64,000 nucleotides of DNA from Camelus ferus. Its lineage: Eukaryota. A program made the translations under genes and the position numbers. Of the stretch, positions 50,980 through 63,159 are shown one piece after another; the first letter of the stretch is position 1, and each line of letters begins with the position of its first letter. The stretch is from positions 62,312,001 to 62,376,000 of the forward strand of contig NC_045697.1 of assembly GCF_009834535.1 (NCBI RefSeq). The letters are read 5' to 3'. The notes under the pieces are model-generated. The model saw nothing but the letters and a program-made list of their open reading frames with translations, was not told where the DNA came from and ran no database searches.

Positions 50980-51470
50980 CTGCTCCTCAACATGCTCCAC
51001 CTGGACCAGCAGCGCTGGCCTCACTGAGAGCCTGTTAGAACTGCAGAACCTTAGATCCCACCCTGAACTTCCTGCATCAGAATCTGCATTTTTATTAAGA
51101 TCCCCAAGTGACTCATCTGCACATCAAAGTTGAAGAGGTGCAGGTCTCCAGCAGCACTATCCAACAGAAGGAAAGTGTGGACCACACGTGTAATTTGAAA
51201 TCTCTAGTAGCCATGTTAAAAACATGACAAGAAACAAGTGAAACTCATTGTCATCATAGTGTTCATTTAATTCAATAAATCCAAACTCTTACACTTTCAA
51301 TGTGTAACCCATATGATAATTACTGAAATAGTTTACGCTCCTTTTATTGTGGTAAGTTTTTGAAACTCAGTGTGTATCTTACCCTTCCGGCACACTTCAC
51401 TTCACCACAGCCACATTTCAAGTGTTCAATAGCCACGCGGCTAGTGGCTACAGTATTAGACAATACAGCT
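50980..51470. mobile_element. Adjacent MER5A-like and MER33/MER3-like hAT MITEs (MER5A-like copies also at about 40380-40530 and 55240-55380)
   Basis: tcagaatctgcattttt...aagatcccca and agccacatttcaagtgttcaatagccac motifs. Confidence 0.65.
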
Positions 51471-52449
51471 CTGGAGTTTACCACGCAGATGAGACCTTAA
51501 GGTTAAAATGAAAAAAAAAAAAAGAAAAATCTGTGTTTGAATCTCACTTCAGCATGGATTAGCTTTGTGATCTTGAGCAAATTACCCTTCTCTGGATTCC
51601 TTTCCTCATGATGTGAACGGAATAATAGTAACCAATTCAGAGAGTCTCAGTGAAGATTAGAGATAGTGTCTGTAAAAATATACAGTTAGCCCTTTATAAA
51701 TGGTGGCTATTAATACTCTCCTCTATTTTCTGGGCTTTATTTAATTATATGCAAAACTGGCTCTTTAATAAGCAACATTAATTATCATCATTTTTTTTTT
51801 TACATAAAGATTTCTTACAATTCAGTGGTTAAAGACTGTTTCAGTGCTTCTCCATGTGGTTTTTAGTAACTGATTCAAAATGTAAACAATTTAAATTCTT
51901 ACATCCACAGTTAGACGATGGCAGAGACTCTGGAGCCAGGCTAACTGTGTTCAAAACCCAGATTTGTCACTCACTGGGTATGCCTCAGTTTCCTCATCTA
52001 AAATAGTGCTAATAATAGTCTCTGTCCTATGGGGATGTTATAAAGATTAAAGGAATAAATAATAGAAATTCTATACACCAGTACCCAACCCATAGTAGGC
52101 ATTACATGTTTTAAAGACCTATTCACAGTAACAATTACTAAGAATCTGGGGATATTGGAAATGCCTGTGTTAAAATGTTAAAAGAAACAGAACACAAAAT
52201 GGTTCTTATAGTATGATCACAACTATATTAAAATCAAAATAGAATTATGACTAGGAGAAAGACACCAAATATTAATTTTAATTGTGTTTAGGAGACAGAA
52301 TTTGGAGTGATTGTTTTCTTTCTGTTTTTCTGAACATGTATTTAATTTCATAATGAGGAGAACCAAATTAACTTTATTTCTCAAATTGCTCACTGGTTGA
52401 GAGCATGGGGTGTAGAATACTGCTCCCTGGGTCCCCCTGAGAGCACTGT

Positions 52450-53462
52450 AGTAAGTGAAGTAACTCAGACAGAGAAAGACAAATATTGTATGATCTCACT
52501 TACCTGTGGAATCTGAAAAAAAGCCAAGCTCCTAGAAACTGAGATCAGAATGGTGATTTCCAGAGGCTGTGCAGGTAGAGGAAATGGGGAGAAGTTGGTC
52601 AAAGGATACAAACTTCCAGTTATAAGATGAACAAGTTCTGGGGATCTAATAAACAGCATGGTGACTACAATTAACAATACTACATTATAATGGGATATTA
52701 CTCAGCACTAAAAAGAAATGAGCTATCAAGGCATAAAAAGATATAGAGGAACCCTGAATGCATATTACTAAGTGAAAGTAGCCAACTTGAAAAGGCTACA
52801 TACTGTATGATTCCAACTAAATGACATTCTGGATAAGGCAACACTATAGAGACTGTCCAAAGATCTGTGGTTGACAGAGGTTGGGGGAGGTGGGAGGACG
52901 AAGGAATAAATAGAGAGAGCACAAAAATGTTTAGGGCAGTTGAAACTGTCCTGTATGATCCTACAGTGGTAGATACTTATTATTATACAATTGTCCAAAC
53001 CCATAGAAGGTACAAAACCAAGAGTGAACCCTATTGTAACGTTGGACTTTAGGTGATAATAATGTGTCCATGTAGGTTCACTGATAGTAACAAATGTACC
53101 AATGTGGCTGTAGATAGTGGGGGCAGTCGTGCATGTATGGAAACAGGGGTATAGGGGAATTCTCTGTACTCTGTACTCTCCACTCAATTTTGCTGTAAAC
53201 CTAAAACTGCTCTTTAAATGTAAATGTTATTAATTAAAAAATAAATCATAAAAAATACTACATTATATACTTGAAAGTTGCTGAGAGAGTAGATTTTAAA
53301 TGTCTTCATAATACACAAAATTTGTAATTATGTGAGGTGATGGATGTGCTAACTTTATTGTGGTAATCATTTCATATTACATTATGTGTATCAACTCATC
53401 ATATTGTACACTTAAACTTGCATAATGTTATATGTCAATTATACTAAGTAAAACTGGAAAAC
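52450..53462 (+). mobile_element. Nested old L1 3' UTR fragments
   Basis: One L1 (taagtgaagtaactcagacagagaaagac...aatactacattata) resumes at about 53255 after a second L1 piece. aatactacattata is duplicated. Confidence 0.78.
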
Positions 53463-54130
53463 AAAATAAGACATGAAAAAGAAAAGATTCACTTCATAGA
53501 TTTCAGAGAAGCAAATTTTTTAAAACTAATACAGATTTATGTCAAATAAGTCTTAGAATCAGAATTGAATTGATAAATGAAGACATCCACTGAAAAAGTG
53601 TTAAATCCATTTTGGCTATTATATTTCTTCACCTCAAACTTAAGAATTAAGGTAGAAGCATAATGTTTGCGAATGTTTTTAAAAACTATGCTCAGATTCA
53701 AAATGGTTTGAAAGTTCTTGAAAATTAATGAGCAAACTGTTTTTTTCCACTATTTCATCATTACAGAACTGCAAAACCTTTGAAGAAACACTATTAGTGA
53801 CATTTTGGACAATAAAAAGTATAAAACTGGATTGTTAGCAGAGGAGATAACAAAATACAAATTAGAAAATTCATAAACATATATTTATTCAAGAAATACA
53901 ATTACTGAAGTCCTTGATATTTCAATGATCATCCCATATTATAAAATATTCACAAAACGCACTCTTTTAAGTATATACCAAGTCATGCTGACATTGTTTT
54001 CAGATAAGCCACAGCCATTTCTTCTATTAAATGCTATGATATCCGTTTACATCGTAAACAAAGTACTTGAGCCAAATTATTTAAGTCCTGGAACAAAGTA
54101 ACTTTCAAAAATTTAGATGAGGAAGACAGT

Positions 54131-54161
<31 letters not shown>

Positions 54162-54907
54162 CATGTCTGAATTATCAAACCTCAAAGAACTAGGCCACTA
54201 TTATCTAATATTATAGTAATGGATAAAGTGCCCATATTTAAGATAGCACATAATTATCCATGACAATATCAGAGAAACAAATTTTAATTAAATAAAATAT
54301 TAAAACAAAACCCAAAATTCCCTGAGCTTTCTTCTGGCTATACTTTTCACTAGCTGATGACCTTGGATAACTTGCTTAACTCCTTTGTGCCTTGATTTCC
54401 TCATCTATGAAATGGGAATAATAATTTTACTTAACTCATAAGAGTTGTGAGAATTAAATTATATAATACCTGTAAAGGTCTCAGGAAAATGCCTGGCACA
54501 TATTCACTATGTTTGTGATAATGAAGATGAAATAGGGGAAGGAGGGGGGAGGGGAGGAGAAGAAGGCCTGTGTTAGTTATGTGTGCCTCCCCTCGGTTTG
54601 AATCCTGATTAGCTGTTGGAGTTAGGGCATGTTTCTCAAGTTCTCTGAGCCTTAGCTTCCTCATATGTAAATGAAATAATAACACAGACAATATGCGTGA
54701 ATCAGAAAGATTGATACTGGGAATAAATAAGATCACTCATGTATAGTGCCTGAATCACAGTAAGCTCAATAATATTAAGTACTTCTTAAAAATTAAAACA
54801 AATTGGAATAACAATGTCTACTTCATAGGTTACTGAGAAGATAAAATGTACTTGGAAAACTTAGGTACCATAAAAATGAGGCACTGGTTTAAAATGTCAA
54901 TTAATTT

Positions 54908-54921
54908 CCACTAGATGGCAG
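54908..54921 (+). promoter_or_regulatory. Candidate CTCF site
   Basis: CCACTAGATGGCAG fits the CTCF core consensus CCASYAGRKGGCRS. Motif match only. Confidence 0.55.
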
Positions 54922-56700
54922 TAGACATCACCAAATACAGCTGAGCCTAACCAAATACAGAGCTGAGGAAGTACACAAATACAGGACAGTTTTCCTGCAA
55001 TTCCTTAGTATACTAGACCTAGTTCCACTTCTGTGATTATACTGGAATGTGGTTGGAGGGCATATATTATTTCAAAGGTGTGAACAACCTGCTTGAGCTT
55101 AGGAATATTTTTGTTTGATGTAGGTTGTGAAAAAGGGTTATTTTTATTGGAGATGTATGTTCGGGATACACATTCCTCTCCCTCAGTTTCCATCTTCAAC
55201 TCTGGACATTCCCACATACACCTATGCTCTCTGGCCTAGCCCCTTGTTACTCAGTGTGTGGTTTACGGACCAGCAGCAGCAGCTTCACCTGGGAGCTTGT
55301 AGAAATGCAGAATCTTGGCCTTGCCCTAGACTTACTGAATCTCAGTGATTCACATGCATATTAAAGTCTGAGAAGCACAGCTTCAGGCACAATGAGCCTC
55401 TTGGAATTCTCTAAAGGAGTCATGAAGCCTTTGCACATTCTGTTCTTCCCAAACCAGAAACAGTCCCTTCCCCATTCGACAGGCAAATTGATCTTTCATT
55501 TACTCTTCTTATTTAACTTACTAGGGAGGCAAACACGGATGCTAAACCCAGCTCAAGGAGGATAGAGGAGATTGGTAAATAGTCTATGGAAAAAAAGAAT
55601 GTTGGAATAAAAGCGAAAGTTAAATACAACACTGCTTTACATCAACAGATCAATAAAACAGCAATCTTTGAAATAATCTTTTCTACCTGACAAAGATTTT
55701 TGCAACTTATCTTCTACAAGTTAAGATCAACTTTACAGACTCTAAGCTCTGTCAGTAATAAATAATAAGCCAAATAAGATGACATCCTCCAGAATCCTCT
55801 GACCCTCTTCCAGGCTTCTTAGACAATGCTCTACTATGACTTTGCAAAAGCACATAGTAATATTTTGCTTTATTTCCACGTTTTGGATGGCTTTTCTTAA
55901 AAGTTTAAATATGATGACAGAGGCAATAGGAATATACATGTCAGGTTGCCAAACTTGACCTAATACAGTAGGACTTGAATTATGTCAGTTTCAGAGGAGG
56001 ACGTGAGTATCTGCATTACAAAGCTGAATGGAAAGGAAAACAAGATTGAGTTAGGCTTGTCTTTTGTATCTTCCTGATCTTTTTAGTCCCGTTCCACTAA
56101 CTATAAAGTGGAGATAGCATTTATTTAATTTGGCAGTTAATCTCCAATATTTTGGTCTTGGAGTCCAAGACCAAATTTTTATACTCTTAAAAATTATTGG
56201 AGATTGTGAAGAGTGTTTTCTGTTATGTCTGTCAATATTTAATAATATTAGAAGTTAAAACTAAGAAAGTAAGAAAATATTAACTCATTTAAAATAATAA
56301 ACAACTTATTACTTGTTAACATAAATAACAAAATTTTTGTGAAAAGAGAACTGTATTTTTCAAAACCCCACAAAGGTTTGGATTTGATTCAGAGGAACCA
56401 GTTAGTTTTCCACAGTGCCTTTGGTGCTTCTGCACCCTCCATTTAGATTAGATTTGGTAACATGCTGGTCCAAGATGGGCCTAGGAGTGATAATGTATGT
56501 TTTTGGTATTTATACAGCCTGGTTTAGTATACTGATTAAATTTATAAAAAAATTTTCTTATCCATAGGTCTTGTATAATTAGTTACAAATAGGTTATACA
56601 TTGATTGTGACCACTATTTGAACAGTTTGTTATTGTTTTATCTGGCCTTTTATCACAGTAACAGCACTAGAATGTAAGCTCCTTGAGGGGAGGGATTTTT

Positions 56701-56996
56701 TTTTTTTAGTTGAAGTATAGTTGGTTTCTAATGTTGTGTTAGTTTCAGGTGTACAGCAAAGTGATTCAGTTATATATACATATTCTTTTTCAGATTCTTT
56801 TCCATTATAGGTTATTACAAGATATTGAATATAGTTCCCTGCACTATATGAGTTCTTACTGTTTATCTATTTTATTTACAGTACTATGTATCTGTTAATC
56901 CCAAACTCCTAATTCATCCCTCCCCTCTTCCCCTTTGGTAACCATAAATTTGTTTTCTATGTCTGTGGGTCTATTTCTGTTTTGAAAATAAGTTCA
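56701..56996 (-). mobile_element. L1 3' end
   Basis: T-tail plus L1 3' UTR. TSD gaggg(g/c)agggattttt. Confidence 0.85.
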
Positions 56997-57302
56997 GAGG
57001 GCAGGGATTTTTAGTATGTTCTGTTAACTGCTAAATTGGTTCTTAGGACGGAGCACATAAAAATATTTTGTAAATATTTGTAGAGTGAATGAATAAAATA
57101 TATGTGACATTTCTAGGATCATATATCCTTCTGGATAGTAGGGATGGTTTCATGCAAAAGTAATTATTTATCTTAAAATGTTTTTTTCTGTAATTTCCAA
57201 ATTGTGATCATGCAGCGAGCTCCCACCTAAACAAAAAGGAAGGGGAGGGGGACTCTAAAAATACCTTTGTGGTAAAAGTCATAAATATTTGAGAATTCTT
57301 TC

Positions 57303-57935
57303 TGATGCAGGAGAACAGATGTGGGACATGAGAAGGGCCGTGTCCCAGGTCTCGGTTGAGCCCCTGGGATGTGCCCCGTCAAGTGTGGGTCTTTGGCTTC
57401 GTGCAGGAAAGAATTCAAGAGTGAGCCACAGTTGAGTGAAGGTAGATTTATTGAGAGAGATACATTGAAAGGCAAGAGAAAGGCCACGAGGTGTGGGGGT
57501 TGGGTGCTCAGATTAAAAGTAGGTACACATTCCATAGACAGAATGTGGGCCATCTACTTCTCCGAAGAGGGAGAGAGAGAGAGGGGCGGCTGCAAGGCGC
57601 CGTGTTGCTGATTTTTATGGGCTTGGTGGCTTCATATGCTAATAAGTGGAAGGAGCAGTCTAAGGGGAAGGGGCTGAGATTCCTAGGAAGTTGGCCATTT
57701 CCCACTCTTTGACCTTTTGTGGCTGGCCTTGGGACTGCCATGATGCCTGTGGGCGTGTCATTCACCATGTTAATATATTACAATGGGCATATAATGAAGC
57801 TCAAATTCTGCTAGAAGTTAAATCTCTCATCATCCTGAGCCTCAAGGTCTACTGGGGGTTGAACCTTCCATTTTGATGTTAATTGCTGTGGCATTCCTTG
57901 AATGGCTGTGCCCTGCCCCCTTCCATCCTGTCTCA
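57303..57935 (-). mobile_element. ERV solo LTR (family B)
   Basis: Minus strand TGAGACAGGATGG...GCATCA. Perfect TSD tttc. CATAAAAA TATA-like box and AATAAA present. Confidence 0.9.
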
Positions 57936-58036
57936 TTTCCAAAGATGTACAATTTAAATTTACCAATGATTAGTTTAAAAATTCTGAGAACCAAATATAT
58001 AATGAGCTAGCGAAAATGTTTTCAATAAATTCTCAA

Positions 58037-58932
58037 TTTTTTTTTCCAGCAGCATCAATGGTTTAATGGGTAAGGGGATCTTACATGCCTGAAGCAAGGT
58101 CCTGGAGCCACAACCCCATTATGTGTGGCAGGACATGGCAGCAGTCTTTGCTACTGAAGGGAGAAGAGGTTACCAGTTAATGGGGGGAAAATTCTCAGTT
58201 TTGACCATTATATTTCTCTATTTTCTACCTAATCAGAAGCAAAGGAAATTCAAAACCACCCAGAACACAGAAATTCACAATACTCTGTGTAAAGCAGGGG
58301 AAAAAAATTAAGCTATTTTTTTTCCCGTGGTCTTAGTTTGGATGTCTGAGTGATCTCCTTGGTGGATCTTCTCAAGTCCAAAGACATAGAGTGAGGAGAG
58401 AATGAGAAAAGATTGAGGGGAGAAAAGCCTTGGGCTCAGTGGGCTCCTTTACTGCTAGAGAGCTGGTCTCTGCCAGATCCTGCAGGCAGCATCAGCCGCC
58501 ACCTAAGGGCTACTTGAATCTGCACAGTGCGGGAGAAACCCCCGCCACCCTCTGAATAGAGGGGAGCTGTAGCCCAACAGGTGGGTCAAGATTATGCCCT
58601 TTGAACCCTTTTCTTTATGTAAATGTCCCGCGTTGGGTGCCAAAGATATGATGCAGGGAAGACAGATGTGGGTGTGAGGAGGGCCGTGTCCCAGGCTTTG
58701 GTTGAGCCCCTGGGATGTGCCCAGCCAAATCTGGGTCCTTGGCTTCAGGCAGGAAAGAATTCAAGAGCGAGCCACAGTTGAGTGAAGTTAGATTTATTCA
58801 GAGAGATGCATTGAAAGGCAGTGAAAGGCCATGAGATGTGGGGGCTGGGTGCTCAGATTAAAAGTAGGTACACACTCAATAGACAGAGTGCGGGCCATCT
58901 CTGAAGAGGGAGAGAGAGAGGGCAGTGGCCTA
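58037..58932 (-). mobile_element. ERV-derived piece: R-U5 of family B LTR, PBS, leader and polyadenylated end
   Basis: LTR homology at 58649-58932 without U3. PBS TGGCACCCAACGCGGGAC at 58625-58642. ATTAAA at 58062-58067 followed by A9. Confidence 0.7.
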
Positions 58933-59319
58933 AGGTATTTTAGCATTACTTATTTCTAAGTTATACAATCACTTTATTTGTGGTGATCATATTCTGTAAA
59001 ATAATCAGGGTACACACTTTGATAAAGATTGCTTTCTTTTTTTAATATGAATTTGTGAATCTGTTTAGTTGAAAGTCTTAGAAAAGACTAAATATTAAGA
59101 CACATTGAACATTAAATCATATTACTTTATGTTTAACAAACTGCCCTTCCTTATGAAAATAATAAAATTACATATCCTCAACACAGGCTTAAGGCCCACA
59201 ATTTGCTAGATCAATATTAATTATTCAGGTTCATTTAACTAGAGATGATGTTTCTTTACTATTCAGGTTCTACATATGACTTTTAGAGCTTAACTTCTTT
59301 TTATGCTTTATAACTTATA

Positions 59320-60910
59320 GAATTAGTTATAATTACAGATAATTAAAGATATTTATGCAGTTGTAAAAAATAATACAGAGAGCTCTCATGTTTCTGTTAC
59401 CCAGGTTCCCCCAGTGGTAACATCTTGCATAATTATGGTACAATTTCAAAATCAGTAAATTGACACTGATATAATCTACCAACTTTATTCAGCTTTCACC
59501 AGTTTTACCCATACTCATTTGTGTGTGTGTATATTTGATTCTGTGCAACTGTAGCACATCTTTATATTCCCGTGACCCAGTGAATATACAGAACAATTAA
59601 ATCATGAGGATCTCTCATGCTACTTTTGAAATAGCCACAGCTACCTTTCCCACACCTACCTCCAATCTCAGCTCTTGGCAACCACTAATCTGTTCACCAT
59701 CTTTATATTTCATCATTTTAAGAGTGTTATATATTGTTGATCCTTTAATAATGTGGGTTTGAACTACACTAGTCCATTTACACACAAATTTTTTCAAGTA
59801 AGTATTACAGAACTACTCGATCTGTGGTTGGTTGAATCTGTGGATGCAGAACCACAGACACAGAGGTTGGTAAAGTTATACTCTGATTTTCAACTGTATG
59901 GGAGGTCAGTGCCCCTAACCCCCAAGTTGTTCAATTGTTGTATGTAAATGAAATTTTATAGTATGCAACTTTTTGAGTTTGGATTTGTTAAACTCAGCAT
60001 AAAGCCCTTGAGATCCATCTAAATTGTTGTCTGTATTAGTTGCCAGTTCCTTTTGTTAAGAGTAGTACTCCATGGTATGAATGTACCACAGCCTGTTTAA
60101 CCATTCACCTCATGAAGGGTATTTAGATTGTTTCCAGTTTTGGGCAATTAACAATAAAGCTGCTATAAACATTCACATACAGATTTTTGTGTGAAAGTAA
60201 GCCTTCATTTCTGTGGGGTAAATGCCCAAGAGTGCAACTGCTGGATCATATGCCACTTGCATGCTTAGTTTTTCAAGAAACTGTCAAACCATATTCCAGA
60301 GTAGCTGTACCATTTTACTTTCCCACAGACAATGAGTGATCTAGTTTCTCCACAACCTTGCCATCATTTGATGTGGCTAATATTTTTTCTTTTAGCCATT
60401 CTGACAGAGGTGTAATGATAACTAATTGCAATTTTAATTTGCATTCCCCTAATTTCTAATGATGTTGAACCCCTTTTCGTGTGCTTATTTGCCTTCTCCA
60501 TATCCTCTCCAGTGAAATGTCTGTTTATAGCTTTTGCCTATTTTCTAATCAGATTATTTCTTCTTTTCCCCTGGAGTTTTGAGATCTCTTTATTCTAGAT
60601 ACAAGTCATTTGTTGGATATGTGGTTTGGAAATAATTTGCTCCCCATCTGTAGATTGTATTTTCATCTTCTTTATAGGGTCTTTTGCAGAGCAGAAGTTC
60701 TTAATTTTGATGAAGTCCAATTTATCAATCTGTTTTTTTATGAATTATGCTTTAGTGTCAAGTCTAAAAACTCCATGCTTAGGTTCTGAAGATTTTCTTC
60801 TATGTTTTTCTCTAAAATTTTAAAGTTTCACTCTTTACATTTAAGTCCACATTCCATTTTGAGTTAACTTTAGTGTAACAATGCTTCCTTTTTTATGCTT
60901 ATGGATGCAT
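59320..60910 (-). mobile_element. Old L1 (ORF2 end plus 3' UTR)
   Basis: aataaagctgctataaacattc, ttttgcagagcagaagttcttaattttgatgaagtccaatttatc and other antisense L1 motifs. Confidence 0.8.
59734..59940 (+). mobile_element. Tigger2-ended MITE inserted at a TA in the L1
   Basis: Ends match the Tigger2 termini (gggtttgaact...; gcccctaacccccaagttgttcaa). TA flanks. Confidence 0.7.
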
Positions 60911-61050
60911 TTTAAAAGCCTAGTATCAATAATTAAGTGTGGATTGGTTAATATCCTATAATGGGGTTTGTATGTCAGATCTCTTGTTTGCTTGTAGCAT
61001 GACATGGGCTCCAATCTTGGGCCTCTGCTGTCGGGGTCCAAGGTTTTTCT

Positions 61051-61207
61051 TTCCCTTTTTTATTTTTTTTGATAGACTTTTTGGTGGTGGGGATAATTAG
61101 GTTTATTTATTTATTTATTTATTAATTTTTAAAGGAGGTACTGGGAATTGAACCTAGGACCTCATGCTTGCTAAGCATGTGCTCTACCACTTGAGCTTAT
61201 CCTCTCC
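61051..61207 (-). mobile_element. tRNA-derived SINE (same family)
   Basis: Reverse complement of the same head with an (ATAA)n tail. Approximate TSD caa(g/a)g(t/a)ttttc. Confidence 0.85.
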
Positions 61208-61229
61208 CAAAGATTTTCAATACCTTTGA

Positions 61230-62070
61230 TATGCTGATGACTTCTGCATTTATATCTCCAGCTCCAAATTTGTAATTCCAACTGCCTTCTCCACACGTCC
61301 ACTTGGATGTCTAATGTGCCTCCTTTCCAAATGTTCTTCATCATAAAAATGGCATCACCACCCGTCCAGCTCTTTAGGACAGAATCTCAGGAAGCATCCT
61401 TGGTTCTTCTCTTCACTCCAGTTGGTTCCACCTCCAGAATGAATCCTGAATCTGACCACTTCTTGCCAGTCCCCTACTATACACTAATTCACGGCCCCAT
61501 CTGCTCTTGCCTGGATTCCTGCAATAACCACCTAATTTGTCTCCCTGCCTCCACTCTTACCTATCTCCTGTCCATTCTTCATCCAGTGTCTTAAAATGTA
61601 AGTCAGGTCAGGGGCAGTCCATTACTTAAAATCCTCCACTGGCTTCCCACTGCAACCAGAGCAAATCCAAAGCCCTTATCATGACCTACATCACCCTCAC
61701 CTTTCCCCCTCCTTCACCTAGAGCTCCAGCTGAACACAGTGAACTGGCTCCTGCTTCCAAATCTCTGCCCTTGCTTTTCTGTGAACCTGGAATACTTGTT
61801 CCCAAGGTCTCCACCAGGCTTCCCTCTTATCCTTCAGTTTTCAGCTCAAATGTCACCTCTGAAGGGCTTTTTCTGACTTCCCAATGTAAGCCTTCCCCTG
61901 CCCCCCGCTCCAGCACTTAATTTTAGAAGTTATTGTATTCACTTGTTTTGGAGTCCCCTGTGTCACCCCATCCCTAGCACCTACACTAGAAAGCTTCTTG
62001 AGAGCAGGAACCTCCTTTGCTGAGTTCAGCCCCAAAACAGTTCCTGGGATGGAGCAGAAGCTCAGAAACT
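61230..62070 (+). mobile_element. L2 fragment (opposite-strand L2 at about 38780-39350)
   Basis: atatgctgatgacttctgcatttatatctccag...tccacttggatgtcta...tcagctcaaatgtcacctc. Confidence 0.65.
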
Positions 62071-62139
62071 GAGGTTGACTGACAGAGCCATCCAGGGCTC
62101 TTACAAGGTTCTTGTTCGCTGCAGGGAGAGATGGTCCCC

Positions 62140-62660
62140 ATAATCGCTTACTCCCATCCTCCACGGGGCGAGGAGCTGGGGGCTAGCAACCACCCCTCCT
62201 CTACCTTCCTCCCTCTGCCGCCCCGCTCCCTCATCCATTCCGCCCCTCCCCCTCCTCCTACCAGCCTGGCTCACCCCCCTCCCCTCATCCTCCCTCCTCT
62301 TACCGCCCTTCCCTCACCCCACCCTTTGCGTGTCCGAACCGCGGGCGCCCTTCATGTCGCGCGGGCGCCGAAGTACTCAGTGACGGATGGCCAGCCGCGG
62401 AGGGAGAACGGGGCTCGCGGCACTGCCTTTGGTCCTGGTGCTTCTGGTCTGGTGGGACTCGGCAGGTAATGCTCACCATTTGGCTGGTTGCCCTAGGACC
62501 GGCCAAGGAGTAACCAAAAGGGGTTCTTGGCGCAGCTGCCCCTCCCTGGATCCGGGCATTGGCATCCCTCGGCCGCACCCGTTATTGGCGGTTCCGGGCC
62601 GGCCCTGTGGTCCTCAAGGGACGTGAAGTTGAGAGTGCGCAGGGATGGCTTTGTGGAGCC
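62140..62660. promoter_or_regulatory. Small CpG-rich promoter of SPINK2-type gene
   Basis: Local CpG enrichment, a C-rich pyrimidine tract at about 62190-62325, and a TGACG half-CRE at 62381. Confidence 0.65.
62387..62465 (+). CDS. SPINK2: SPINK2-type Kazal protease inhibitor exon 1 (signal peptide)
   Basis: MASRGGRTGLAALPLVLVLLVWWDSA+G with donor GCAG|gtaatg (phase 1). Hydrophobic signal peptide. Position and orientation relative to REST match the recalled mammalian gene order. Could be a SPINK2 paralog. Confidence 0.75.
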
Positions 62661-62770
62661 AGCAGCCCTCTTTAGTTCTTCCCAGCATCTTCTTAGTGAC
62701 ACCTTGCTTGCTACTCCTTCTCTCTTAAAGTGGATTTTCTGGAGCCCAAAATCAGGAGTTGGGTTTTTAT

Positions 62771-62938
62771 TTTTAGATTTTTTTTTTTTTTTGAAAGGGG
62801 AGGGGATTAGGTTTATTTATTCATTCATTCATTCGTTAATTCATTCATTTATTTATTTAAATGGAGGTACTGGGGATTGAACCCAGGACCTTGTGCATGC
62901 TAAGCACACACTCTACCACTCAGCTATACCCTTCCCCA
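62771..62938 (-). mobile_element. tRNA-derived SINE (same family) in SPINK2 intron 1
   Basis: 17-bp TSD aggag(t/c)tgggtttttat at 62754-62770 and 62939-62955. Confidence 0.9.
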
Positions 62939-63159
62939 AGGAGCTGGGTTTTTATGTACCAAGGGGCCCTACAAAACCTCTGTAGGAGATTTAAAGGAAT
63001 CAGGAACTGTGACTGCCAAGTGCAGTCTGGGGCTTATAAGAAAGGGGATTTAGTCTAGCCAGACTTGACAGCCTTTTAAAATAGAGTTAAAATGGTAACA
63101 CCTAAGGTTAAGTTTTGCGTTTATCACCCTGAGCTGCAGAGGGAAAGAATATAGTGAAA

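Noticed and set aside
56360..56660. Possible NUMT or viral insert (short resemblance aaaaccccacaaa; Cys-containing minus-strand frame)
   Set aside because: I could not extend any mitochondrial or viral match by eye. Left unexplained.
57303..58932. Family B LTR pair read as a mini-provirus
   Set aside because: The left LTR has its own perfect TSD (tttc) and no polypurine tract. The right piece lacks U3 and ends in an A-tail.
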